The notes below the pieces were generated by a model. That model saw nothing but the letters and a program-made list of their open reading frames with translations. It was not told the origin of the DNA and made no database searches. This document shows positions 38,381 through 54,425 of a stretch of DNA of 64,000 nucleotides, in pieces. The stretch spans positions 4,278,001 to 4,342,000 of the forward strand of contig OX597823.1 in the NCBI GenBank assembly GCA_951406725.2. The letters run 5' to 3'. The position numbers and the translations under genes were made by a program. How positions within the stretch are numbered: position 1 is the first letter of the stretch; every line of letters begins with the position of its first letter. The stretch comes from Octopus vulgaris (lineage: Eukaryota).

Positions 38381-38865
38381 TTATGATGACTTGTTCTTAT
38401 TTATCACCTTCCTCTCTTTGCTTTCTTTTTCCTTGTCTCAGACTGGCTGTCATCGCATCACAACCATCAGCTGCCTTCGGAATTGTTTAGGCCAGTGCTT
38501 TTCAAAGTGGGTAGTGCTACTACTCCCTGGGACAGGGGCTGTAGAAAAAAAAATTATCATGTATCCTGGGATCAAAGGAGACAGGAATAGAAGCATCTTT
38601 TGATTGCTATTATCATCATCAACATCCACTTTCCATGCTGGCATGGTTTAATAGGAGCTGGAGAGCTGTGCCAGGCTCCAATTGTCTATTTTTGCATGGT
38701 GTCTATGGCTGGATTCACTTCCTGATGCCAATCACTTTACAGAGTGTACTGGGCGCCTTTTAAGTGGCACCAGCATGGAATTTTCAAAAATATTTTCAAT
38801 TTTTATTTTGTGTGCTACTGATTTGGTAATTGAAATGTTTTGACAATCCCATCATCATTGTTTAA

Positions 38866-39953
38866 CCCTTTCGTTACCAAACCGCCCAAAACCACCCGAA
38901 AAAAATTTTCGTTAATGCGACCAAACTGACCAAAACCGCCCGTATTTACCTATTCATATTTAAATGAGAATATCAGAGCAAATCTCTTTAGTACATTCGT
39001 GAAAACACGTATTATACTTCATTAACAGTTCAACTACAGTTTTGTACAAAAATCGAAGTGTAATTTTAATTCCGTGAATTTTGGGAGATTTTTTTCCGAA
39101 ATTTGTTCCTATTGTGTTTTCAAAATTTGTAATTCTGACAAAAAATGGATACGAATTTCATTATATCAAGCAGCGAGTCAGAATTCGAAGGATTTTCTAC
39201 TGAAGACCTTGATAAATCTAACTCTATGACTGACAAAAAAAAGCATGTGGTATTTGATAATGAATCTGATGTTTCATTTTCCGAAAGTGAAAACAGTGAA
39301 TCCGAGAGCTCCGACAGCGATAAAGAAAATGAATTGGCACCTGAATGGAGTGAAAATTTAAAAACTGTTTCTTTCGGTGATTTTTCTGAAGAAACTGGAC
39401 CAAGCCACAGACTTTCCCAGAAGAGTAAAGCCTTAGACTATTTCTTTTTATTTTTTCGAATGAGCCTATTTGAAATCATTACAGCGGAAACGAACCGTTA
39501 TGCTAAATGTAAACAAAACGAAAGAAAGGATAGTTAGTAGTTTCCCCATAACCTTAAATGAAATTAAGACTATTTTGCCATAAATATTATTATGGGTATC
39601 AGAAAGTTACCCAGAATAACAAATTCTATCGTAAAATTTTGTTGTATGCCCAACTGAATATTAGCTAATAACCCATTTTCTATAGCGATATTTGAGCAAA
39701 ATTTTAATAATTTTATATTTTGTTGAATTTACCTGTATCTACCTGCAATTAGAGTCACTTTGTGACAAAAATTATAGTATAGAATTGGTTGAGAACATTT
39801 CATTAAATTATCTTCCAAAAATCAAATTAATATATTGATAAATAAAAAAAGTTATAGTTGTTTAATGAAACCAGACTAAATTTATGATTACATTAGAAAT
39901 TAATTGAAACACATAAGGGGTGTATTTTGGTCAGAAATATAGTAACGAAAGGG
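38866..39953 (+). mobile_element. Internally deleted piggyBac-type DNA transposon
   Basis: TTAA|CCCTTTCGTTAC...GTAACGAAAGGG|TTAA; ORF 39145-39537 has an acidic N-terminus and LDYFFLFF..FEIITAETNRYA, with IIMGIRKLP just downstream (piggyBac/PGBD N-terminal motifs); no catalytic core. Confidence 0.88.
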
Positions 39954-41189
39954 TTAATGTCCACTTTTTCAAACTTTGCATGAGTCAGACTGAGTTCTTC
40001 AAAATAAATTTTTCTTCCTTAGCTGGATGCTCTTCCTGTCACCAACCATTACCTGTTTCCAAGCAAAGTAATATTTCCCCATTTTCAGATACATTTTCCA
40101 TGGAAGAGTGGGAATGGGACAACCTCACTTGCATGGCAACGATTGCTCGTTTACGAGTATCATTTGATACCAAGACACAAGTCTACATAAAAGCACACAC
40201 ACATAATGGGCTCCTTTCAGGTTCTGTTTATCAAATCAGCTGTCAAGGTTTTGGTCAGTTCAAGGCTAGAGCAGACAATACTTGACCAAGATGCTGACCA
40301 ACATGACTGAACCCAAGTCTGTATTGTTGGTAAGCCAGCTTCTTAACCACACAGCTACACCTGAACCATTGATAAAATTACTCTTACACCCTCAATCCAC
40401 TCACATTTTATGTTCTCTTGCTCCCACTGACTTCTACTCACCTCATACTTTGTGGGTCTGTCCTGACACCACATCACCACCATCATATCCTTCTTTCCAA
40501 CCACTTCCACTTTTTCTTCTAAAATGAGCCACACAGCTCCTCTACAGCAAGAAATCTGTTCTGTTCCAGCCCCCTTCTCTCATACTTGAACCCCTTCATT
40601 CCATAGCATAAAGCCACCTCCCTTTCCTTTATAGCCCTGTTCAGTTGAAGGGGATCCTAGTCTTGCAAGCTGCATGGTGACCCTGACTAGTGATGGTGGC
40701 ACGAAGAAAAAAAGCCCCCATTACATGCTCTATTTTGTTGGCATTAGGAAGGGCATCCAACCCTAAAACCCTTACCAAAGAAGACATTGGAACCTGATGC
40801 AGTCCTCTGACCCAACGAATCCAACCTGCACCAAGCATGGAACATAGATGTTTGATGAGGAAGGCATATGTGCAAGACATTTTACTGTCGATCAATTTGT
40901 TGGCAGCAATTTAAAAAAAAAATATTTGTTGAACTGAAAGCAAGAAAGTGTTGCAAAAGCATTAGTAATAAATAAAAAAAAGTGGGATGATGGTTAAAAA
41001 ATAAAAGGTCTGAGAAAGACTGGTTTATGTGACAGCACTACCACACCCTTTTCATCTGTGACTCATGCAAAGCAGCTGGATCAACAAAACACTACTGCAG
41101 GCTGTGAGCAACAACAGAAGTCTAGAGGTAGTCTCTACATGGCTCTCACCTCTTTCACCTCCATCTGGCATTAATGACCCTGGATGGTC

Positions 41190-41430
41190 TCCCTTGTCCA
41201 CTTTACTGGCACAGCATTTATCTGTGGCTGAACAATCCAATGCATGAATGGTAGTCTTTGCCACACAAGCTGCTCTTAGGGGCTCTCCTATTGCTGTTTT
41301 GAGTTGTCTTCTCCTTTGTTGACGATGGCTGTCTTTCTCTTATCTGGGCCACTGAGGTTTTCTACAAGGTCAGGCACAGAGCAAACATGCTAGCTTCAGA
41401 GATTGTGTCTTCCAGTTCTATGCCTCCAAT
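41190..41430 (-). mobile_element. Old RTE (BovB-like) 3' fragment
   Basis: Minus frame SLCGKDYHSCIGLFSHR resembles the C-terminal CxxCxxxCxSRIGLxSH motif of RTE ORFs. Confidence 0.45.
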
Positions 41431-41592
41431 AGAGGGTGTTCAATAGGATCAAAATCTGGGCCGTATGGTATAGAGGATGGATTGTTACCCATGTTACATA
41501 TCTCCCCCCCCCTCCACATTGGTGATGATTCAAAGAGAACACGCGGCCATTACAATTTGGCACCAGTGTCATCACAGGAGTTGCCAGAACAA

Positions 41593-41812
41593 GGTTGTAG
41601 TGGTTAAGAGTGCAGGCTACTAACCCCAAGATTATGAGTTCGATTCCAGGCAGTGATCTGAATAATAATAATAATAACATGGAAAAATACCTTAGGAATG
41701 AGAACCAATGGTTCGAAATTTTCCCCAAGACACCTGATGAAGGCTGGAGGGTATATCAGCCGAAACGTGTTAACAACAAAGATGAGGAGAAATATCCGTC
41801 AAATGTAAATAA
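41593..41812 (+). mobile_element. Second copy of tRNA-headed hammerhead SINE-like element
   Basis: Colinear with the 34.4-kb copy: tRNA-like head, (AAT)n, GACAC-CTGATGA-A-GGCTG...CAGCC-GAAACGT at 41729-41771. Confidence 0.75.
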
Positions 41813-42074
41813 GGTTGTAGATAATGTTAAACTGCTTCGAGTAGTGAGGCCCTGATTTTGGAGTTCTAGGATTTTCATGAGCATGGAATCAACTCTTAGC
41901 CACTCTGGTTCCCAGATCGAATCTGATCCAGAGTAGTAGCACCTGTCAGATAAAGCTTATCAGCCTGGGTGAAGGCTAACAAGCCCCTTCTGCCTGACTG
42001 ATTTGCTAGTCATCCAGGGTAAAAAAAACCCTGATTCCAAGCCTCCACCACCTGGCTGCCGTATCCAACTGCAG

Positions 42075-42269
42075 CAGTGCTTCTCAACCATTTTTTATGA
42101 ATGGAGGACCCATTTGGTTCCTATTTTACTCAGACTCTTAGAGCCATTTGATGGTTAAAGAATCCTTTTACATTTTTAAAATGTTTTGTGTATTGTAGAA
42201 GTATAAACAATTTAGTGCACATAAATTTTAACAAGAAAATTTTATGTGGACCCTGGTTGAAAACTACTG
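42075..42269. mobile_element. hAT/Charlie-like MITE
   Basis: CAGTGCTTCTCAACC...GGTTGAAAACTACTG; related copy at about 35311-35478. Confidence 0.55.
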
Positions 42270-42508
42270 AGCTATAGAAAATACTTTGAGAGTAAACCCT
42301 GAGAAAAAATCTTCAAATTATGCTCATCTTTAAGAGAAATAGATAGCAAAGTGCAGGCATGGCTGTGTGGTAAGAAGCTTGCTTCGCAACCACATGGTTC
42401 CAGGTTCAGTCCCACTGCATGGCACCTTGGGCAAGTGTCTTCTACTATAGCCTTGGGCCAACCAATGCCTTGAGTGGATTTGGTAAATGGAAACTGAAAG
42501 AAGTCTGC

Positions 42509-42539
<31 letters not shown>

Positions 42540-42541
42540 GA

Positions 42542-43421
42542 AAGGTTTGAAAATGCAATTTTAAAAGATGTTTATTCACTTGACCGGTTTCACTTTTTTA
42601 GAAAAAGATTGTCAAAAGTAACAGGTAAAAGCTTTGTTGTGTTAGGTACTGGTTGTCACAAAATATTACAATATATAAATGTATTGTAATATTTTTATGA
42701 ACTTTTTAATTTTTTTATATTTTCCCAAGATTTTTCGTTGTAAACTGTTTTTAACATGTTCTTGTTGTTATCAAAGAATGTATATATATGTATTGTAATA
42801 TTTTGTGACAACCAGTACTTAATACAACAAAGCTTTTACATTTTACTTTTGACAATCATCATCATCGTTTAACGTCCGCTTTCCATGCTGGCATGGGTTG
42901 GACGATTTTGACTGAGGGCTGGCGAACCAGACGGCCGCACCAGGCTCCAATCTTGATTTGGCAGAGTTTCTACAGCTGGATGCCCTTCCTAATGCCAACG
43001 ACTCCGAGAGTGCAGTGGGTGCTTTTTACGTGGCACGGGGGCCAGTCAGGCGTTACTGGCAACAACCTCGCTCGAATCCTTTAACACATGCCACCAGCAC
43101 AGGTGCCAGTAAGGCGACTTTGGTAACGATCAGGCTCGAATGGTGCCCTTTTATGTGCCACTGGCATGGAAGCTAGTTGGCTGCTCTGGCAATGATCACG
43201 CTCGGATGGTGCTCTTGGCACCCTACTAGCACGGGCACAAGTGCCAGTAAGGCGATGCTGGTAACGATCACGATCACGCTCGAATGGTGCCCTTTAAGTG
43301 CCACTAGCATGGAAGTCGGTTAGCCACTCTGTCAATGATCACACTCGTAGGGTGCTCTTTGCACCCTGCTAGCACGGACGCCAGTGAATAAACATCTTTT
43401 AAAATTGCATTTTCAAACCTT
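42542..43421. mobile_element. Fold-back (inverted pLTR-like) element with variant hammerhead, interrupted by an RTE-tail insertion (42858-43382)
   Basis: Inverted arms 42542-42580/43383-43421 and 42607-42673/42791-42857; minus-strand ACUU-UUGACAA...GAAACCGGUC-AAGU at 42619-42578. Confidence 0.6.
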
Positions 43422-44794
43422 CTTTCATATATAATTCCACTCGTGTGGTACCTTATGACTTCACTTTGTTATACTCTACTCTCTTTTACTTGTTTCAGTC
43501 ATTTGACTGCGGCCATGCTGGAGCACCGCCTTTAATCGTAAGCCCAGTACTTATTCTATCGGTCTCTTTTGCCGAACCGCTAAGTAACGGGGTCTTAAAC
43601 ACACCAGCATCGGTTGTCAAGCGATGCTAGGGGGACAAACGCACTCACACAAACACATATATATATATATACATATACACGACAGGCTTCTTTCAGTTTC
43701 CGTCTACCAAATCCACTCACAAGGTTTTGGTCAGCCAAAGGCTATAGCAGAAGACACTTGCCCAAAGTGCCACGCAGTGGAACTGAACCCGGAACCATGT
43801 GGTTGGTAAGCAAGCTACTTACCACACAGCCACTCCTGCGCCTATATATATATATATTTGTTTGTCAACTGGTTAGTTATCTAACCAACTAATAAATCGC
43901 TTGTTTTCAATAGTTGTATCTTGATATGTTAACTAAATGTCAAGCAATCCTGTTAAGGTGTGAGTAGAAGCAAAATGGTACTACTGCTGTCTTATTTGTA
44001 CTTATATACTCCTGCTGTGCATGTGATATGCATCATCATCCATGAAGATGTGAAAGAGAGACAGAATAGATTCATATTTTTGCTGTTTTAAAGGTTAGTG
44101 TTAAGAAATACGTGTGTGTGTGTGTGTGTCTGTGTATTACATACATACAGAATGAAGAGCTGCAAACAAACCCCAAGTTATGTTGCAGACGGACAGATTT
44201 CACAAAAATTTAGATTACTTGAATATACAATTTGTCCTCCCAAAGGAGACAACTCTATATTAACAATTGAGTTTTAAGCAGTGACGTAGCTAGGATAAAC
44301 CGTGCCCGGGGTAAGCCACAAAAGTGCAACCCCCCCCCCCAATCACTATTACATTTCATTTAAATGCCGGTTCGGTACAACCTGTAATTCAAAATATATT
44401 GTTTTGATGTTTACTTTTATGAAACCTCCTTATTTTAACCGTTTAGTGCACCAGCTTCCCCTTCAATCTGTCCCCTAGTCATGCTACTGGTTTTAAGTTG
44501 TTACAGTAATGTATCCTATAATCACTGGTTGCTCAACACCTCAGGAAGCTCCTGCTTTTGTCAGAAATTGAAATTGTCTCACAACCTCCGACTCATCCTA
44601 TCTTTATTGATCATCACTGCTTTTTATTCATGCCACATTAACTCAGAGACGAGAATCATTAAGAAAATCAGATGAATTCAAAGGTTTCTACGAGTGACGA
44701 GTGGTCAGTTTTGCAAAGCACTTCTGAAAATCTGAGTAGCTGAAAAATCTCTTGTATGATAGCAGTTACTAAGACACCTGCATCAGCTGATTCG

Positions 44795-45455
44795 TATTTC
44801 TTTATTACCCACAAGGGGCTAAACATAGAGGGGACAAACAAGGATATTAAGTTGATTACATCGACCCCAGTGCATAACTGGTACTTAATTTATCGACCTC
44901 AAAAGGATGAAAGGCAAAGTCGACCTCAGCAGAATTTGAACTCAGAACGTAATGGCAGACGAAATACCTATTCCTTTACTACCCACAAGGGGCTAAACAC
45001 AGAGGGGACAAACAAGGGCAGACAAACGGATTAAGTCGATTACATCAACCCCAGTGCATAACTGGTACTTAATTTATCGGCAATTAATTAAGGCGGCGAG
45101 CTGGCAGAAATGTTAGCACGCCGGGCAAAATGCCTTGCGGTATTGCGTCTGCCGTTACGTTCTGAGTTCAAATTCCGCCAAGGCTGACTTTGCCTTTCAT
45201 CCTTTCGGGGTTGATAAATAAAATACCAGTTTCGCACTGGTGTCGATGTAATCGACTTAATCCGTTTGTCTGTCCTTGTTTGTTGCCTCTATGTTTAGCC
45301 CCTTGTGGGTAGTAAAGAAATAAGTACTTAATTTATCGACCCCGAAAGGATGAAAGGCAAAGTCGACCTCGGCGGAATTTGAACTCAGAACATAACGGCA
45401 GACAAAATACTGCTAAGCATTTCGCCCGGCGTGCTAATGATTCTGCCAGCTCGCC
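44795..45455. mobile_element. Cluster of tRNA-derived SINE copies (third family) in tandem and inverted arrangement
   Basis: GGCGAGCTGGCAGAA...GAGTTCAAATTCCGCC...GACTTTGCCTTTCATCC; plus copy 45090-45320 flanked by minus partial copies; other copies at about 3400-3760, 9150-9360 and 30895-31090. Confidence 0.8.
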
Positions 45456-47122
45456 ACAGCATCTGCTGATTCTGTGAGTGCAACAGTCACTGAATGGACA
45501 TTTTTGTAGCATGAACCAGTTTTTCCGATGACCAACATATTGGAGCCATCCAGTACATATTATTTCCAACAGATATTGATAAACCCATCCTGCAAAGATT
45601 CATCTTTCAAAATGGCATAAGTGGCACTAAAATAGCTGATTATATTTAGATCTAAAGGTTTCAACAGAAATACGGTAACAATACGATTAATAATGACCAA
45701 GGAATTTTACTAAATTCTTCATAATTTTCAAAATAGATTGAAACAAAACCAGTGAATTTCAACAGAAATATGGTAACAAATGGTTTAACAATAAACTGAT
45801 GATAAAAAAACTCCTCTTCTCATTCGTCCTGCAGCTCTTCTTGTTAAAGATCTTTGGTACGAATGAGTGGTCCTATCATGTGATGCATAAGTTGACTAAC
45901 AGAGCTTCATTCAGAACAATTCTTGAGAGGAATTAAGATTGGTTTCAAATTTTGGCACAAGGTTAGCAATTTTAGGAGAGGGGGTAGGTCGGTTTCATCA
46001 ACCCCAGTGTGCAACTGCTACATATTTTATCCACCCCAAAAAGATAAAAGGCAAAGTCAACTTCAGTGGAATTTGAACTCTGAGAGGAATTATTAATAAA
46101 TATTCAATAAGTGAAAGTTAATCCAGTTAAAACAGGAGTCCGTAGAGGTTAGCTGTTGTTTATGCCCAAATCAGTACTGATCAAGCAAACCAGTAATCAA
46201 AGGCATTCCAGTCATGACCATCCAGTTTATTTGTCTTTTACTTGTTTCAGTCGTCAGACTGCAGCCTTGCTGGGACACTGCCTTGGAATTTTTAGTTGAA
46301 CGAATCGACCCCAGTACTTTTTTCAAGCCTGGCATTTATTCTATGGGTCTCTTTCACCAAACTAATTTACAGGGGTGTAAACAAACCAATACCAGTCACA
46401 GTCATCAAATGGTAGTGGGGGATAAAATCAGATGCACAGACATATATATATATATATATACACACACAACAGGCTTCTTTCAGTATCTGTCAACCAAATC
46501 CATTCACAAGATTTTGATCGGCTGAAGGCTCTAGTAGAAGACATTTGCCCAAGATGCCACACAGTGGCACTGAACCCTGAACCATGTGATTAGGAAGCCA
46601 CACAGCAACACCTGTTTAATAGATACAGTGAACTCTAGACCAGTGTTTTTCACAAGAGTGCAGAGGCATCTTGGAGTCGAGGTGAAGGTAGTGTGAGAAT
46701 TGAAAAGGGGAGCAGGCAACCAAATTGCCAAGTTTTAAATTTGTCCAACACCATAGTGAAGGTTAGAAGAATTATATTGGATGTAAACTTTAATTCGTCT
46801 TCTCTTTAGTTAATAAGGAAGTAATGTGATTAATTTCAAAAATGTTTATTTGAATGTGTTCACCAAGTTGGTATGGTACTGAGGGAGATGTGGTTGTTAT
46901 TTCTAGCAACAAAAAAAAAACCCACAGGATTTTTCACAGACTCAGACAACCACAATGACCATCCTAATTTTTGTACAGCCAGGATTACACTGTTCAATGT
47001 ATCTTCTCGATTTTTTCCCTAATATTCTTGAGCAGATTTAGCCACTATTTTTAGCAGTTTGAGTGATCACAAGAGGCAGCTCATTGTTGGTCCAGTAAAG
47101 ATAAGTTTTTTATTCATATATG

Positions 47123-47177
<55 letters not shown>

Positions 47178-47179
47178 TC

Positions 47180-48428
47180 ATCATCATCAATTTAACATCT
47201 GCTTTCCATGCTGAGGACTGGCAATCCAGGAGGCTGCACCAGGCTCCAATCTGATTTGGCAAGGTTTCTACAGCTGGATGCCCTTCCTAATGCCAACCAC
47301 TCTGAGAGTGTAGTGGGTGCTTTTTACATGCCACCGGTACAGGAGCCAGTCAGGCGTCACTGGCATTGTTCATGATTGGTTGGTGCTTTTTATGTGACAC
47401 CGGCACAGGTGCCAGTCAGGCAGGACTGGTATCGGTCATGCTCAAATGGTGCTTTTTACATGCCACAGGCACAGGTGGCACAGGTATCAGCCATGACAAC
47501 AATTTCACTTGGTTCATCAGGTTTTCACAAGCACAGCATATTGCCTAACGATTTAAGGGTGCTTTTAAATGGGATTGGTCACATCTATAATCTCACTTGG
47601 CTTGCCAGGTCTTCTCAAGCACAACGTATCTCCAAAGGTCTTGGTTGCTTGTCATTACCTCTGTGAGGCTCAATGTTTGAAGGTTGTGCTTCATCACCTC
47701 ATCCCATCTCTTATTGGGTCAACTTCTTCCACAGGTCCCCTCCAACTAGGGTATGACACTTCTCACAGCTGTCCTCGTCCATATGCATTGCATGACTATG
47801 CCAGCGCAGTCGTCTCTCTTGCACACCACATCTGATGCCTCTTATACCCAAATGTTCTCTCAGGATGCTTACACTCTGTCATGCATGGACACTGACACTG
47901 TACATCCAACAAAGCATACTAGCTTCATTTCCTTCAAGCCTATGCTTGTCCTCTTTGGTCACAGCCCATGTTTCACTGCTGTGTAGCACAGCTGTTTGCA
48001 CACAGGCATCATACAGTCTACCTTTCACTCTGAGCAAGAGGCCCTTTGTTACCAGCAGAAGTAGGAGCTCTCTGAACTTTGCCCCAGCTACTTTTATTCA
48101 AGCAGCTACACTCTCAGAGCATCCACCCCCACCACAGACTTGGTCACCTAGGTAATGGAAGCTATCAACTACTTCTGGTTTTCCCTCCCCGCTGGCAAGT
48201 GATGGAATCTGTTTTCTGTACATGTTCGGTGTTTATTGCACCTGTGCATCTTCCACACACAAAAACTATCTTCCCCATTAACCTTCCTTTGATATTACTG
48301 CACCTCTTATGTGTCTAAAGCTTACACCAAGTACACCTTATGGAGTTTCTACCTACGCTTTTTTCTACAGTTGAAACAGAGTCATCTACCTGAAGGGATT
48401 TGTGATTTGTCCATCTTCCTACTCACTA

Positions 48429-48430
<2 letters not shown>
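47180..48430 (-). mobile_element. Degenerate RTE LINE 3' part
   Basis: Reverse-complement similarity to the RTE at 56171-57710 (post-RT region, 3' UTR, (GAT)n tail). Confidence 0.85.
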
Positions 48431-48493
<63 letters not shown>

Positions 48494-48498
<5 letters not shown>

Positions 48499-48961
48499 CC
48501 AGACGAGGCTGGCAAACGGCCACGAACGGATAGTGCTTTTTACGTGCCACTGGCACGAGGCCAGTTGGGGCGGTGCTGGCAAAGGCCATGTCCGGTGGCA
48601 CGTAAGAGAACCATCCAAACATGGCCGTTGCCAGCGCCGCCCCGACTGGTCTCATGCCGGTGGCACGTAAAAAGCACCATCCGTTCGTGGCCGTTGCCAG
48701 CCTCGCCTGGCCCCCGTGCCGGTGGCACGTAAAAAGCACCATCCGATTGTGGCCGTTTGCTAGACTCGTCTGGCACCTGTGCCGGTGGCACGTAAAAAGC
48801 ACCCACTACACTCACGGAGTGGTTGGCGTTAGGAAGGGCATCCAGCCGTAGAAACATTGCCAGATCAGACTGGGCCTGGTGCAGCCTTCTGGCTTCCCAG
48901 ACTCCAGTTGAACCGTCCAACCCATGCTAGCATGGAAAGCGGCCGCTAAACGATGATGATG

Positions 48962-48962
<1 letters not shown>
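48494..48962 (+). mobile_element. RTE 3'-tail element with internal tandem subrepeats
   Basis: Repeated GTGCCGGTGGCACGTAAAAAGCACC units, then GGAAGGGCATCCAGC...AAACGATGATGAT; the same tail occurs at about 3890-4053, 8380-8640, 12530-12925 and 42858-43382. Confidence 0.8.
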
Positions 48963-49014
<52 letters not shown>

Positions 49015-49316
49015 CAAGCGAGTGGATCTCTGTATTTGTCAAGCTGCAAGCAGTGTTGTCACTTCTCCAGTCAACAAATCCTTCATTCACTGTACACCTT
49101 TCAAGACATGCAAGGGTTAGGGACAGAAAGGGCATCCAGCAGTAAAACAAAACCTCAATAAGATATTCATCTAACGCATGCTGGCATGGAAAAATGGACA
49201 TAAAAACAAACAATATATCACAGAAATAAAATCAATATATCTGAAATCAAAACATTTTATTCTGTTTCACTATTGGTCTCCTCTATTGCTTACAGAAGCT
49301 GATTATGTTAACGAGA

Positions 49317-49816
49317 TTAAGACTTCATATTTCCAGTTTCATCCCATTCGTTCTCATTAACGTCATAATCCTTCATGGCATCTTCCAAATAAATCCAGTA
49401 ACCATTAATACCAACATCTACAATATTTTTATAAATCTCTAACCATGGGGTTTTTAATTTACCACACTGTGCAACGTACAGCCCAAGGCCTTGAGTATAA
49501 TTGTCTTCATACATGAAAGAACAAACCCCTAAATTAATATGAACCAATTTGCTGTCCCTCATGTTCGTAACCAATTCTCGTAAATGTTTCTCTGTTTTCG
49601 GGCTGCGAATCGCTTGACCAACAAGAGCAAGTCTATTGGCACTTTCCATGAGGCTGTAGGTGAAACTGTTCTCATTCGGGTTGGATTTTATTAAGAATCC
49701 AATGGCAGACAAGAAAGTGATATAAGCTGATGCCTTCAGAGGTTTTTCTCGCATGGATTCTGCAGTCTCTATAGCAACGACTTTGTAATCACTGTAGATG
49801 TTGTGGAAGTAGTTAC
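49317..49816 (-). CDS. TIMM29: TIM29 (mitochondrial TIM22 complex subunit), exon 2
   Basis: ctctctccag| acceptor; GNYFHNIYSDYKVVAIETAESMREKPLKASAY...NPNENSF...INLGVCSFMYEDNY...IVDVGINGYWIYLEDAMKDYDVNENEW...; TAA at 49319-49317; motifs match the Tim29 family. Confidence 0.9.
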
Positions 49817-50829
49817 CTGGAGAGAGAGAGAAGAAAAAGTTTGCAGTAATTAGTAAATCATCATAATCATCGTCGTTTAACGTCTGTCTTCTAGGCTGGC
49901 ATAGGTTGAATGGTTTCGCAAGATCCAACAAGCTGGAGGGCTGCATTATGCTCCAATGTCTGCTTTGGCAGGGTCTCTACAGCTGAATGCCCTTCCTAAC
50001 ACCAACATCTAAGTTTATATTCATTTACTAGTTTGATTAAATAGTTTATTTTTGAAAATAGTTTACTTGTTTAATGGCCAAGTCAAAGCAGGAAGGGCAA
50101 TCCACATGACCATTTTCAGGGTTTCTAAGACTTTTATGAAGATAGGTGAAAAGAAAAAAAACCTCTCCTCAGTCTCAGCCTGAAAGCTTACAGCAAAATA
50201 CACATCGTTAAAACCTCCTCCCACCTCAATTCCTAAGTGTTAATATTAAACAGAATGATATAGATTAATTCTACCACCCAAAAACAGGAGCAACCCATTT
50301 TGATAGGCTTCCATATAATTTCCCCTAATCAAATTTCATTCACAAGGCTTCGATAGAAGAAACTTCGACAAGATGCCACACAGCTGTGAAGCAAACTTCA
50401 TCACACAACCATCACAGCATCCAGACTGCAATTGGTCCCCTGGATTCTTGTATTTTACTTATTTTACTTAGATATTCCTTTGCTGGATGCCATGTAAGAA
50501 TGGCAAACTCCAAGACCATTCAACCAGTTAATCTCTGCTTTATTCAAACATCACAGATGTTTCTCAGCTAAATTAACAAAACTAACCAGTCTTCTGCTTT
50601 ATATTACACACAGCTGTGCAGTTAAGGAGTTCATTTCCCAACCATCAGGTTTCAGGTTGTCCCACTGCATTACACCTCGGGCAAGGACCTTCTGTAACCT
50701 TAAATGGCACCTGTTGAGTGTGAGTGTGTGTGTATATATAACTTTGCAGCACCTCCTCGTGTATATATATATATATATACTAAGCAATAAAGGGTTTGGC
50801 AACGAATTGCCTTACCACATACCGAATTT

Positions 50830-53089
<2,260 letters not shown>

Positions 53090-53249
53090 TACTGATTGAA
53101 AAAATATCAGACAGCTTAAAATTCTAGAATATTGCAGTAAATAACTAATAATAATAATAATCTATCTCCTTCCTTTTTATTCAAATTTCAATTCTCAAAA
53201 AACAAAAAACACAAATGTATTTAGTCTTTGTCCATAACAAAAATCTAAA

Positions 53250-53560
53250 TCGCATCACATAACGACAATACGGCACAACTATTTCACCTCAATTGGACCA
53301 GCTCTCTTCAACATTACACCAGGACACGTCAAAAAAGAAACTGACCACACAAAATTCAAGAAGTCTTTGGACAAATTCCTTCAAACAGTACCGGACAAAC
53401 CACCCACACCCGGATATGACTCCGCAAACAATAACTCTCTGCTCGAATGGGCCTTGGTGCCCAAATCCTGAACTGAAAGACTTCGCCAGGTGGTGCCATT
53501 AAGTTAGACATGGCCTGGGCCAATACTGGCCAAAACCTTTCTAAGTTATTCTAAGTTATA
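53250..53560 (+). mobile_element. Diverged CR1 subfamily 3' end
   Basis: Diverged copy of 52130-52430 with a different terminal repeat (CTAAGTTAT-like). Confidence 0.8.
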
Positions 53561-53566
53561 TATATT

Positions 53567-54310
<744 letters not shown>

Positions 54311-54312
54311 TA

Positions 54313-54419
<107 letters not shown>

Positions 54420-54425
54420 ATATTT

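Noticed and set aside
48494-48810. Regularly repeated GGTGGCACGTAAAAAGCACC units resembling a CRISPR array
   Set aside because: Eukaryotic context, the spacers resemble each other, no cas genes; these are RTE 3' UTR subrepeats.
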